A stretch of 63,957 bases of DNA, counting the filler, from Rhabdomonas costata (taxonomy: Eukaryota), in assembly GCA_019059605.1 (NCBI GenBank). It is 55 parts of 55 records of this genome, joined end to end, with 100 filler letters (N's around TTAATTAATTAA, not from the genome) between each part and the next. Parts side by side here need not be neighbours in the genome. Positions count along the whole stretch, not along the records: positions 50,084 to 51,148 come from JAHMHO010030512.1; positions 51,249 to 52,313 come from JAHMHO010030513.1; positions 52,414 to 53,478 come from JAHMHO010030514.1; positions 53,579 to 54,643 come from JAHMHO010030515.1; positions 54,744 to 55,809 come from JAHMHO010030516.1; positions 55,910 to 56,967 come from JAHMHO010030517.1; positions 57,068 to 58,132 come from JAHMHO010030518.1; positions 58,233 to 59,297 come from JAHMHO010030519.1; 47 more parts are not named here. One strand, given 5' to 3'. The notes beneath the pieces are model-generated. The model did no database searches. It had not been told where the DNA came from and worked only from the letters and a program-made list of their open reading frames with translations. The first letter of the stretch is position 1; every line of letters begins with the position of its first letter. Shown here piece by piece: positions 50,895 through 62,926 of this stretch. The position numbers and the translations under genes were made by a program.

Positions 50895-53579
50895 TAAAAT
50901 GCTCCATTTAAAAAAGCCACATCACGCAGTAAAAATCGTCTAACAGTTTGCTCTCCCTTAGTTCCGTCATAGCCAAGGCTCACCTTGCTCACCATCAGAC
51001 GAGTTTTACCACTAAATAATTCTTTCCGGCATTCCCACCCAACTTGCGCACGTAGCACTAAGCACTGCTTTATTATTTAATCACTTTTGGCCATTTCAAC
51101 CCAAAAACTACGTTTCCCATTGATTTTGGCCCCTTTGCCCACCCAACCNNNNNNNNNNNNNNNNNNNNNNNNNNNNNNNNNNNNNNNNNNNNTTAATTAA
51201 TTAANNNNNNNNNNNNNNNNNNNNNNNNNNNNNNNNNNNNNNNNNNNNGGCGTGGGGGGCCTTTCAGGGCTTATGATCCTCTCTTTGGTGCTGTGCGCAG
51301 GCGGCCAGGGAGTTTGGGCCGGGGCAGCGTTGAGCGAACGGAAAGGAGCGATTTCATCTCATATGATTTCTTGTTGTTGAGGGAGTGATTGTAAACTTTT
51401 GGGCTTAAGTCTTGTCGACGTGAAGCCGGACTGATGAAGTTCTTGGCTTCGTTCAAGTGCTTTCGAACTGCAAATTCCCTCTGAGTCTCCTGCTAAGGCT
51501 GTGACTTGTCGGTGCAATTTTGGAGTTCAGTTTCCTGGCGAACATCTCGGACCTCGGACGGGATGAGAGAAATTCTCGTTCTGAGAGAAATTTTTGCAGT
51601 GGCTGAGTCGCACGGCGCGAATCACCGAGAATGTCTTGCCTTGTTGTTTAAAGATGACCAGAACCGACTTTTGAAGCTCTTCTTTTTTCGGAAGCTCCCC
51701 AAGATGGGCTATGATGAGGTCATGTTTCATGTTAGCGGTGATGGGTTGGTGCTCTGTCGAACCAAAAAGATGCGCGCAGTTCGGCGAGTGCTGTGGTTTG
51801 ACCGCGCCCCCAGTGCGCTACCCTATGCCCGGATGGTGTTCGCCCTGCTTACCGTGAGCGCCTCTCCGCAAGAGTTCATGTCGCGTTACTACTCCAGAAA
51901 CTGGCTCCCTGGTACCCGGCTGCAACCCCCACCACCCCATTCGTGCCTTCCTCGAACGTGGTGGAGGAGGGTCAACCATAACATTACAATAAGCTCGGAA
52001 CTGCATTAAACCACACCTTAGCATTATTTCCTCACTCCGACGTGTCCCTCACTCCGAACAGAGAAAAACCCTGAAAAAGACCTGCTTCTCTACACCATCC
52101 ACACCATTGTTCGGTTCTGGTGTGCTACGAGCCTACTCCGTGTTCCTTTTTGGTGCTTTCAAGAGGCCTGCAGCGCCGAAGTTGGCCAGTTCGAGTTCCT
52201 GCGGCAGCCTGTGAACCACAGTCTGCGACAGTCTACCATGGGGATGCTCCCTAGGGGCGGCAGTTGCGTCTACCAACGCTCTGTGTGGCCTGTGGTAGGC
52301 GCAACCCACACCCNNNNNNNNNNNNNNNNNNNNNNNNNNNNNNNNNNNNNNNNNNNNTTAATTAATTAANNNNNNNNNNNNNNNNNNNNNNNNNNNNNNN
52401 NNNNNNNNNNNNNGGGGGGTGGTTACCAGGATGAGATATACGATTCCACGAAGCAGGGCCCCAATCAGCAAGAATGCTCAAGTTATGAGGTGTGTGCGTC
52501 GTGCACAGATGACGCAACAATGTATGCCATTCTGTTCATCAGACATTCCCTAATGCACAACAGTGACAGTAGCAAAAACAATTCCAAAACAACGTTGCAC
52601 ACCCCACGATGATCACCGTCAACAGTCCAACCGTCAGCGAGATCCACTGGTCCAGGGTTGCGGTCCAAGCATCCGTCAAGGTGCCCAGCACGAGGACCCA
52701 CCCAATCCCCTTTTTTGTTGTCGTACGCTCTCTTTTGAACGGGGGGGGGGGAGGCCATGCCTTTCTCAGTGGGCACATTACAAGGATGGAGGTGTATCCC
52801 TTGCCTTTCAAGCAGAAGTTCTCCACTTCATTAAGTATTTTGAGCACACTTCCGCAATGCAACTTGAACAAGAAGCTGCACCTTAATTTAACAAAGCAAG
52901 GACAATGACAACGGCGAAGTCTCCGCGGAGCTGGCCCCAATCCTCTTCACTACAAAAAGTCAAATCAACTACTTTCGATTGTATAAGCAAACCATGAATA
53001 CTACAACAAGAGCCGCGGTCTGAAGAAATGCAAATGGGAGAAATTTGCAGACGCAGTCGAACAAAAGTCATCACGGATCATTTGCCCAGAAACACTGAAC
53101 CGTTCAACAGCGTTGGAGGAAGCCATTGGGGGAATCGGCGATCGCAATGGCAGGGAACGCTTTTATAAAACGTGAGATCTAGAGGCATCGCTCGATCGAA
53201 GCGGCAGGATCACGATGGGATGGATTTGTGCGAGGGTAAACGTGGACCAACCCAACCGTGGGCCAACCGTGAGCCAACCATCGCTCACTTCATCATCCCG
53301 AAATATTTGGATAACGTATCCAGACCTAACTTCACGATGCCAAGCACGTGACGTATTCAGTGCAAATCAAAACTGGGACCACGCATAATGGAAACACACC
53401 CCTCGATAATTGCTACAATTAAATACCCACGCACCTCCATCTCAATCCCCTGCACACTGATGAAGTACCCACAAAACCNNNNNNNNNNNNNNNNNNNNNN
53501 NNNNNNNNNNNNNNNNNNNNNNTTAATTAATTAANNNNNNNNNNNNNNNNNNNNNNNNNNNNNNNNNNNNNNNNNNNNG

Positions 53580-53697
53580 GTGGGTCGACATGCGGTAAAC
53601 AGACTGGGTGAACGCAGAGAGGGTTGGAGCTCTGCGGTTCCACAGAGCTCCAACCCTCTCTGCGTTCACCCAGTCTGCTTACCGCATGTCGACCCAC
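53580..53697. repeat. 55-bp-arm hairpin with 8-nt loop
   Basis: 53580-53634 is the reverse complement of 53643-53697 with one mismatch, starting at the contig start. Confidence 0.95.
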
Positions 53698-54743
53698 ACC
53701 TGAGGTGACTTGGTGCTTTTTCTTGCCATTGGTATGTGTATTATTTTCAAGATACCTCATACCTCTCATCTTATCTCACTTTTAGCGAATGTCTGCAATT
53801 CGGCGCTGACTTCCCGACTGTTTCGCCGAGACGTTCCCGCTTCTTTCTTGTCTCAACGCGCTTGTATGTGTGTGGAAACTCAAAAACAAACCCACGCGCA
53901 CGTCTGAATGACACTTGAATATCCTCGGGGGGATGGTGTGATTCCACCTCGCTAATGTCATTTTGTTTGACTCCAGGCAGGTGCGTCGGTTGCATATGTT
54001 TGCGCAACTGAATCACGGGAAGCACCCAGGGGTGAAAGGAAAAGGAGAAGAAAAGTTGCAGCCTGGGCATTCACGTGGAGGGTCCAATAATACTGTTCAA
54101 TGACGTGCCGACTTACCCGGCAATTGGACAGGACTGCTCACACGCAACAAACAACACCGGAAAACACGTTCCCCTTTCCCCACACACCAGACTCCCGTGC
54201 TGAAGATCACAAGCTTGGAGGAGTCCAAGCGGCGCACGGCCCACCGCAGAGCAAGATGGATGTCCATGGGAACGTGGCCCAGCAGGTAGTGGACTTTCAG
54301 CTCTAGAAGTAGTGCAGTCGACGCTCCCCCCCCCTCTCCCACTTTTCACTACGTAGCAAGACTTTGCAGAGGTTTTTCAGTAAGTATTGCATACCAGAGC
54401 TGTTCATACAGGAACTTTTTGGCTTTCAGTGATGATACAAGCACAAACCTACAAGTGCCAGAAGTCCAGCTTCCCTGGGCGGCTCAGGCATTGACAACCC
54501 CAACACCCTATCGCGCCTCCTCTATGCAAACAACGAACTCTATGCACACAACTGTCCCTAAGTCAAAGAAGAAAAGTGGGCTGCTCACATTGCTAAAGAC
54601 AGGCAGCAATTCGCATGGGAGCGCGTTTATTTACCCCCCAACANNNNNNNNNNNNNNNNNNNNNNNNNNNNNNNNNNNNNNNNNNNNTTAATTAATTAAN
54701 NNNNNNNNNNNNNNNNNNNNNNNNNNNNNNNNNNNNNNNNNNN

Positions 54744-55809
54744 TTGAACGAGTGGAGGATGGTTGCCCAGGGATCTCCACAGTTACCGACCCTGAGTACC
54801 ATTCCACCAGTGTTGGAGGATCATGCCATGGTGACGTATGTGATGGAGGTGGTTGAACAGATTGAGGGATCGGTTCTGATTTCAGAACGGGAGAATATCG
54901 AGGGGTTGCTTAATGAGGTTCTGAGGAGGAAGCTTGTTTCCAGAGAGTTGTTGTCCCAGCTTCCAGAGACGAGGCAGTGGGTGAAGTATGTCCCTCGAGC
55001 CCCGAAGCCCCCACCACACCCACCAGTTGCAGATACGTTGGGTGAAAGTTTGTGACAGATGAAGATGGGTAGGGGACCGTTGGTGGAACCTCCCAGAGGA
55101 GGTAATGCACAGCAAGTGACTGGAACCACAATGACAGTGGTGGCCAGAGCCACGCCCTCGTCTTCCACAGAGAGTGCAGTTCCCAAGGCGGCTCCAGAGA
55201 CATTTCCAAAGTTGAGGCCAGTGTTGGTACAGCATTCGGTCACGGAAACCAAGAGGGAGCGTAGCGAGGTCCCTGGTACAGTCTACGAGCATACGTGGAC
55301 AGGGACTAGTTTCATACCGGCGGCTAAGTTTCCCAAGCCTAAACCAAGCCAGGCGACACCGATTGAAGGGATTTCCACAGGAAACAGACCGTCACCCACA
55401 TCCACATATGCGGGAGCTGTTCAGAAAGTTGGTGAGAAGACTCGGACTGTAGTAGTTTGCGACCCTGCAGAGGTAAGTTGGGGTTGTGGAAGTGGTGGAA
55501 AGGAAGCGATGCAGACGGATGGACAATGGTGGGGAGCCACCCCACCAGCCACTTCTTCCACAGTTACACAGGCCGGACCCTCGAGGTCATCCACAGTCTC
55601 CAGTGAAGCGGTTGCGAAGCCCAAACCATCCACAGTTCCAGAGTCAGACCCAGTGGTGAAGGAGATGGATAGCAGACCACTTCCAGAGGGGCATTGCCCA
55701 GAACTAAGGATGCAGAGTATTGGGAGGCTTTGCGTTGGTTGGTTCCAGGGGATATCTTGTCAGGAAGACTCCCGATCCTTCCAGATCAGTACCATCTTCC
55801 CCCCCAACA
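54744..55809 (+). pseudogene. Contig-long intronless frame with one internal TGA; possible retroelement gag/ORF1 relic
   Basis: Track ORFs 54744-55055 and 55059 onward share a frame and are separated only by TGA at 55053-55055. The product is Pro/Ser/Thr-rich with a TYAGAV (SYA.A-like) motif and a Cys-containing end (LCVGWFQGISC). Confidence 0.45.
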
Positions 55810-57309
55810 NNNNNNNNNNNNNNNNNNNNNNNNNNNNNNNNNNNNNNNNNNNNTTAATTAATTAANNNNNNNNNNNNNNNNNNNNNNNNNNNNNNNNNNN
55901 NNNNNNNNNGTGTTAAGTGTGTTTGGAGGCAGCCCTTGTGTAAAGTTGGAGTGGGATGGTTGTCTGGGGAGGGGCTGGAATGGGGTGGGGAGAGGTGCAG
56001 CCCCGATTGCTCCATGTGATGTGTAGCAGTGTGCTCAGAGAGCGCCAACAAAATTAAAAAAAAAAGAGATTTCCAGCTAAACAAAACCGCTGCAACGCAG
56101 GAATATCAATCGATAGCAATTTCGTCGCCGGGTACTGAAAAAAATAGGGATGTCCTTCCTTCCTGCTTTGACGAAGCCCATGAGCAAGCAAAACTGCCGC
56201 GTGTGGGGAAGCACAATCCACCGCGTCGTGCAGCAATCACCCGGATAAGCCGTATGAAAAAAGATGTTCCATCATAGTTTACGAGGATCCATTTTCTTTT
56301 CTAACGAACGATTTTTTTGCAGAAAATTCCAGATTTGTTTTTGGCATTTTTGGTTGAGACGCGCGTTGCCCCAAAAGCCCTGAACGGAGAAAAGCAACGA
56401 AGGAAAGTTCGAGCCAAGGGTTCCCAGGGTTCACGGGGCAAAGGGTTCCCAGGGTTGTCAACAAAGGACTTATCAGTGGGAAAAGCAGAAAACAAGCGAC
56501 AGCATGGTCAAAACGTAGACGATTCACCGCCACCCGTAAAAAGACAGCAGACCCAGAAACAGCTCGATTCTTCCACACGGCCCAGCTCAGGAAGAGATCC
56601 ACAAAAAAGGAAAGAATAAAGGAAAAGAGAAAAGCGCTGAGGAGGTCAGTCATTTTTGTCATTCCCAATGACCGAAAGAGATGGTCCTGTCAACTCAGGA
56701 GGAGTCCTTCTGGAATCCTCGAAGGTAAAAGTCTGACTCGACGACAGAGCACTGCCGCTGCGATGTGCGGGTGGGGTGGGTGCAGGGATACGTCGCACTC
56801 TCATTGCGACGCTTGCTCCGCCCCCCCCCCCTCCAGCACGTTCGCTCACGCTCAGGTAACTCCGAGCTCGGCTCACGTGGAGTGAGTTCGCGTGTTCGTG
56901 TAAAACGGCTCAACAACCTACAAATCCGGCCAAAGCACAAAAGCAAGAAAAGCACATGACGCCCCACNNNNNNNNNNNNNNNNNNNNNNNNNNNNNNNNN
57001 NNNNNNNNNNNTTAATTAATTAANNNNNNNNNNNNNNNNNNNNNNNNNNNNNNNNNNNNNNNNNNNNGGGGGGGGGGTGGGTATCACTCGACTACGAGGT
57101 TCAAAGGAGAATTCAAGAGTTCGTCTGGAAGAGTCGTAGGAAGGTGGGTATGAGTATTACGCCAGCAGAACCGTGTGTCCCAATGTTATTTTTCTTGACT
57201 AAAACACAGGATCTTGCCCCCTTGGGTCTTGGGTTGTCACACAGCAAGCTTGAGCACAGGAATGGTGACAACAGCGCGAAGGGGAGCAGGAAGCCATATA
57301 GCAGAAAGG

Positions 57310-57495
57310 ACGTCAGAACGTGTCAGTGAAAGGAGAGCACTCTCTCCATGTGATGCAGAAAAAATGGCATACCACCCACAAGCCAACGCATACCCCACCT
57401 TCGGGTCCCAAGCTTTGGACACCTTTTTCTTCAAAAAATCGTGTTGGGGCATTTTATGTGGGACCCGGTGGATGGGCAAGGTTGGGGCAAACAGC
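57310..57495 (-). repeat. Dispersed repeat, copy 1 (homologous to 62118-62272)
   Basis: The reverse complement shares TTTGCCCCAA.CTTGCCCATC.ACCGGG, CAAAGCTTGGGACCCGAAG.TGGGG.ATGCGTTGGCTT.TGGGTGGTATGCCATT and TCACTGACACGTTCTGAC with copy 2. Confidence 0.9.
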
Positions 57496-58519
57496 GGGAA
57501 AGTCTTTTTCTTTGCTGTTTCGTTGAAGTTCCTCTGCCATTCATGGTGTTGATGGTGATGCTCATGGACCCATCCTTCACCGCCACCTTTTGTTTTTCTT
57601 CGTCTATTAGTTCTGGAGGGGCGACGCATCAAGCCTCCTCCGCCCGCCTCTGCACTGAAGAAGTGACCCTCTACCGCTCCCACATCCGCCCCGTGCGGGT
57701 TTGGGTGTGTGATTTTGTGGCACTGTGAATGTGGCGAGTGTACGTGCATGTCCCCCTGGAGTGCCTGCTGTGTTTTGTCTTTCTGCTTTCTGTCTTCTAG
57801 TGCCCTAATGTGCTACAAGTGCGGTGTCCGTTACCACCATACTTTGCCGTGATGTGCCCGCCATCCTCGGTCTGCACGCAATCCCTGCTACCATGAAACT
57901 ACCTGGTCTAAACTACTGATTTGGCAAAACTGCCACATGCGCGGGAATTTTCGAATCACTGAGGACCGCTGGTGTGGTTCTGGTTGCTCTCCAATTGAGA
58001 AAAGATACACGTTAATTGTTATCCTAGATGATGGAATTCACGCAGTGCTCTATAGTTTGGGTCAGTGGCCTTCCCGGACATATTTCAAGCAAAATACATA
58101 CAAAGTCAACACCACTGTTATGCAACACCAACNNNNNNNNNNNNNNNNNNNNNNNNNNNNNNNNNNNNNNNNNNNNTTAATTAATTAANNNNNNNNNNNN
58201 NNNNNNNNNNNNNNNNNNNNNNNNNNNNNNNNTCATTCCAGTGAGCTGAAGTGAGGTTTCGGTAGGTTATCAGAACAGTGACTGGGCTGAGTGGGTGGAG
58301 TTTGATTTCATGGGTAACCATCTTGAGGCGGGAGTCAGCGTTTGTTTATCCTTCTACCACTGTAGCACTGTGCACTCCTACAGTTGGTGCAAGTTGAGAG
58401 GAATACTCAAAATGCCTCTTGGGATGTCTTCACGGGTCTTGATTTGTGAATGGGGCCATTCATGTGTGAATGAGTGAGGTTGCAACAAAATGGTGGATTC
58501 CTTGATTGTGCGTGCGTAG

Positions 58520-58654
58520 GTTTACCTTCCCGACGACGACCCCCATTTTGTCACCCTATACCTGTGCTTCACGAAGGCCAAGGACGTGGCGCACTTCCGC
58601 GCCCTGGTCACTGCCAAGGGGTACACCCTACACACCGTCCTGTACAAGCTCTGA
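58520..58654 (+). CDS. Probable terminal exon, unknown protein
   Basis: VYLPDDDPHFVTLYLCFTKAKDVAHFRALVTAKGYTLHTVLYKL* follows GCGTAG|, with GC3 bias. Confidence 0.5.
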   Translation, partial: VYLPDDDPHFVTLYLCFTKAKDVAHFRALVTAKGYTLHTVLYKL

Positions 58655-59398
58655 CCCCTGTCGGCCTTTCCGCCGGGTGGGCCGGATGACATTGCCGGTT
58701 TAGTACCGTAGGGCACCGTTGAACCGTAGGGCAAAGTTGAACCTGATGTGCATTTGTGTAAGTGATGTGCGAATGTGGAACCGTGCATGTGCATGCGAGC
58801 TCCTGGAAAGGTGTCGGTGTGCATAACTTTGGCCTCGGCTTTGAGCTGCGTTTTGCACAGCCAGACCTGGTCGCGGTGCATTTCTGAATGCGTTTGTGGG
58901 GTTCGAAATAGTCGGGGGTGAAATTCCAGGCCACCTCTTGACGGATAAGGTTGTGGTGGATCGCTCCACCCAGTTAATCCAAACATTTCGCCGTGTTAAT
59001 GTGATGCTGATCCGCGCTGATCCGTTCTCTGAAATCTTGTTTCGCGCGCATAATGCATACATGGTGCTTCCGTCAGCTACTGCCTTCGTGATGACTGAAT
59101 GTCTTTCCATTGCTGAAGAAGCGTCATACCCATTTTGCGGATAAATTTGGCCCCATTATCAGATAAATACTTGGCAAAGGCAGCGTTGTGGACATCAGCG
59201 CCTTGAACCGTGCCGGATTACCTTTCTGCTCCTCTAACCTATGCTCGCCCCAGTGTCGAGCCAAATAAGAAGAACGTTTAGGAACAAAAAACACAAANNN
59301 NNNNNNNNNNNNNNNNNNNNNNNNNNNNNNNNNNNNNNNNNTTAATTAATTAANNNNNNNNNNNNNNNNNNNNNNNNNNNNNNNNNNNNNNNNNNNNG

Positions 59399-60462
59399 GT
59401 GGGGGGTAGGCTTTCTGCCTCAGAGGCAGAGGTTCAAGAGGTCTCAGGGAAGCTTCATGACGCATTGGACGGTTGTGATGATGATGCCCGGCGGCAGTAT
59501 CTTTGCCTTCTCAACCTTCAGGCCGTCTCGGCTCGAGCAAGCATTGAGTGCAGCGAGATGGAGGACGCCCTCACGCTTTTGAGGTATCACTGTGCATTTT
59601 ATGCATCGCAGGTGCAGCAGTACTGCAAGGAGAGCAAGGAAGAGGCGGCGGGCCTTCAACAGCAGCTGCGGCATGCCCTAATCGGTCTTCAGCAGGCAAA
59701 GACATCTGCCGAAAGCTGCGAGGCAGTGCTTCGCCGCGTGACGAGCGAGCGGGCGGAATGTGCAGAGCAGTGCGAGCAGCTTCAGGCCGAGGTGCATGCC
59801 TTGCGTCAGCGCGGGCTGGAGGAACGCGACCTTCACTCCAAAGAAGTGGAAGGCTTGAGGCAACAGGTGCAGCAAGGACAGGCAGAACGCCAGCAGCTTG
59901 TTTCTCAGCACGCAGTCGCGCTGGCTGCGTCCCGCATGGAACAGGAGAAGCTCCGTGAGGAGTTGATGTCGCAGCTTGAGAAGGCCAGTGTTGCGAGCCA
60001 GAAGGGCATGGCTGAGCTTCGCTCAGAGAACGAGAAAATCTCAGCAGAGCTGCGAGCATCAATGGAAAAGCTTTCGGCGGAGCAAGGTCAGCACGCGGAG
60101 TGCAGAGACCAACTGCGGGGAGCTTTGTCTGAGCTGGAGGAGATGAGGATGAGCAAGGCCCATCTTACGCATCGTTTGCAGACTCGGGAGGAGGCTGCTG
60201 CTGAGCTGGCGGTGAAGGTTCAGCAGTTGGAGGAAGCTTTCCAGAGCGCCGCTCAAGAGCAAGAGGCGCGCGTGGCACGCCTGAAAGGCGAGCATGACGC
60301 CGATCTAATGAGGCTGCGATTGTCTCATGAGGCACAGGTGAATGAGCTGCAGCATGGTCTGATGAGAGGTACAGAGCAGGCGGAGGTAGCTCGAACCGCA
60401 GTCCTGGAGAAGGACCAAGAGGTGCTGTTGCTGCAGGAGAAGCTCCGCGCTGTTGACGAGAC
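59399..60462 (+). CDS. Long coiled-coil protein, partial (large exon)
   Basis: The frame is open across the whole contig (about 354 codons) with E/Q/L/A/R-rich heptad-like composition. Confidence 0.88.
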
Positions 60463-62117
60463 NNNNNNNNNNNNNNNNNNNNNNNNNNNNNNNNNNNNNN
60501 NNNNNNTTAATTAATTAANNNNNNNNNNNNNNNNNNNNNNNNNNNNNNNNNNNNNNNNNNNNGGTTGTGTGGAAGAGACAGACGAAAGGCCCAACTCCAC
60601 GGGGTGCAAGGACAACCTCGCGAACTTTTGTTCTCAGTTGTGTGGTCAGAGCACTTCAGCCTGACATGTTTGTGACATTTTTTTTCATGTTTATTTTAGT
60701 GACACTCTAACTCATAACGGAAAACATTTTGCCTTGAATTGGACTGGTACGGTTGTGGCGTACTTACCCCAGTGACTTTAGTGCTTGAATTGGTCACAGA
60801 CCTGAGAATTTATGCGCGTAGACATTGCTGACACAATATATCTATAGTTTTATAGTCTCTTTGGTTTGTAGTGATTGAGTGATTGAGAGTAAGTCTGGGA
60901 TTTGCAGTCTTCCGAAGCAGTGAATAACTTCGTCGTAGCACTGAAGCAGGAAGGCGGTATGTAGTCGTTGTCGGAATCTCATTCCCTTGCAGGAAGATTC
61001 CCATTTTTTTGTGGCATTGAGTTGGCGTGGGCGTGGGGCTCTGCGTTTCTCCCTTTTCCTTTGCAGACTCGTGTGACTTACAATGGACAACCGGCCACTT
61101 TGGAGGTGGGGGCCCTCCCCCAAACTACCCCTTCCCTTTGCAAATTCTTCTGCTGGACTGCTGGTGTGGTGAAAGGCCACACACACACACACAAACACAC
61201 CGTTTGCAAGAAAACAAATGTTCCGAATGATATTTGGCATAACTGCCATGGCGAACCTCCACCGGGTGGTTCATTCGATTTAAAATCCGACAGGTGACAG
61301 ATGATGGGCCCACCCTTTCTGAGCTGCCAGTGCTCATACTCCACGGAGGGCACATGAATAAACTCAACCCCCTCCAAAAAAAAATCCCAGCAGAAGGTCC
61401 CTCCGGGGGAGGGGGGGGGCAAGTGCACAAGCGCCAAAGTTTCCTTTTTTCTCTTGGTGGCGACGAAAAAGACTAGTTTGTGGTGGGCATTGAAGCCAAT
61501 GGGGAAAGGCAGAAAAACAGTGCCTGGAAATGGGGAAAGTCCCACACATACACACACACACACACAACCAAGCAACTAGTCAACCAGGCAACAACCAGCG
61601 GGCAATGCGCCCAACACACACACTCACNNNNNNNNNNNNNNNNNNNNNNNNNNNNNNNNNNNNNNNNNNNNTTAATTAATTAANNNNNNNNNNNNNNNNN
61701 NNNNNNNNNNNNNNNNNNNNNNNNNNNTGGTTTGTTCTTTTAGCCTCCTCCCCGGGCTTCACCGCGCCGTTTCACGGTCTTCTTTCTTTAGATGGAAAAT
61801 GTCCACCCCCAATGTTCTGCAAGCAACCAGACCAAGAGACTATTTTAGAAAAACCACCGGCCGAAGGCTGCGCTGGGGAGAGATGGGCGGTCTATGAAAG
61901 GGCTTTAAGTTCACCGTCCATACTTGGAATTCTCAGCAACCATACCGGCGCACAAGTGTGGGTCCTTGAGCACACCCAAAACACGCAACTCGGCATTTGG
62001 CCGTTGCTGCGCCAACGGGATGGTTTCCTGCGTTGGAATCTCGACCACGTCGACATTCCCTCAGAAGCACCTTCTGGAAGACCCCTCCAGAAATTAAAAA
62101 AAAATGTCCGCGTTTTT

Positions 62118-62272
62118 TTTGCCCCAATCTTGCCCATCTACCGGGCGTCTCATATAAAATGTTGTTCAAAGCTTGGGACCCGAAGATGGGGCATGCGTTG
62201 GCTTATGGGTGGTATGCCATTCTTTCTACAGCACATAAACGGAGTGTCCTGTCACTGACACGTTCTGACTTT
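62118..62272 (+). repeat. Dispersed repeat, copy 2 (homologous to 57310-57495)
   Basis: Same conserved blocks as copy 1, lacking a segment of about 30 nt between ATAAAATG and CAAAGCTT. Confidence 0.9.
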
Positions 62273-62926
62273 TCCATTCTGCGTTCTGCGGTGTGTGCTT
62301 CCTGCTCCCCCTTCGCATTTTAATAACCCCTGCTGACCTGAGGCCTGCCACGTAGCCGAAGACACAACCAGACACGAAGCCAGACAAAATGACAGTAGTG
62401 CACCATCCAACCCCATTACAACCCAAGGGGCACGATCCTGTGCTTTATTCCAAAATCATATTGGGACATTTTTATATGGGATACGCGGTACCTTCTGACC
62501 GTTTGCATGGTGCGAATGATGCCACTTTCTACAATGGGCCTTTGGCATACCAGTGTTTTGCGTCTCGTATCGTCATCGTACGCTTCAGGCAGTTTTCTTC
62601 TTTCCGCGAAACAGAGAAAAGGTTTGGACGACCGGTTTCGACAACGTCGTCATCTCGTTGGATCGCTTACCCTCGTCCGATGTTCGAAAGGCTTTTGGGT
62701 GTCAAAGATTTTGCGCCATTCTACTAGTGTCATTTTCATGCCCACCTTCCTTCGACTCATTCAGATGAACTCCATAATTTTTTTAACCCAAANNNNNNNN
62801 NNNNNNNNNNNNNNNNNNNNNNNNNNNNNNNNNNNNTTAATTAATTAANNNNNNNNNNNNNNNNNNNNNNNNNNNNNNNNNNNNNNNNNNNNCTATCCAT
62901 TAATCCTCCCCTCCCCTCGTCCGCAG

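Noticed and set aside
51506-52009. 167-aa ORF
   Set aside because: No recognisable motif or convincing splice boundaries, and the strand is ambiguous.
764-62848. Track ORFs ending in X-runs or LIN
   Set aside because: They run into the linker. Their ends are artificial and most are non-coding frames of intronic or intergenic DNA.
1067-62892. Regularly spaced TTAATTAATTAA motif resembling a repeat-spacer or CRISPR-like array
   Set aside because: It is embedded in fixed N runs and is a synthetic six-frame-stop linker. The apparent spacers are independent 1-kb contigs.
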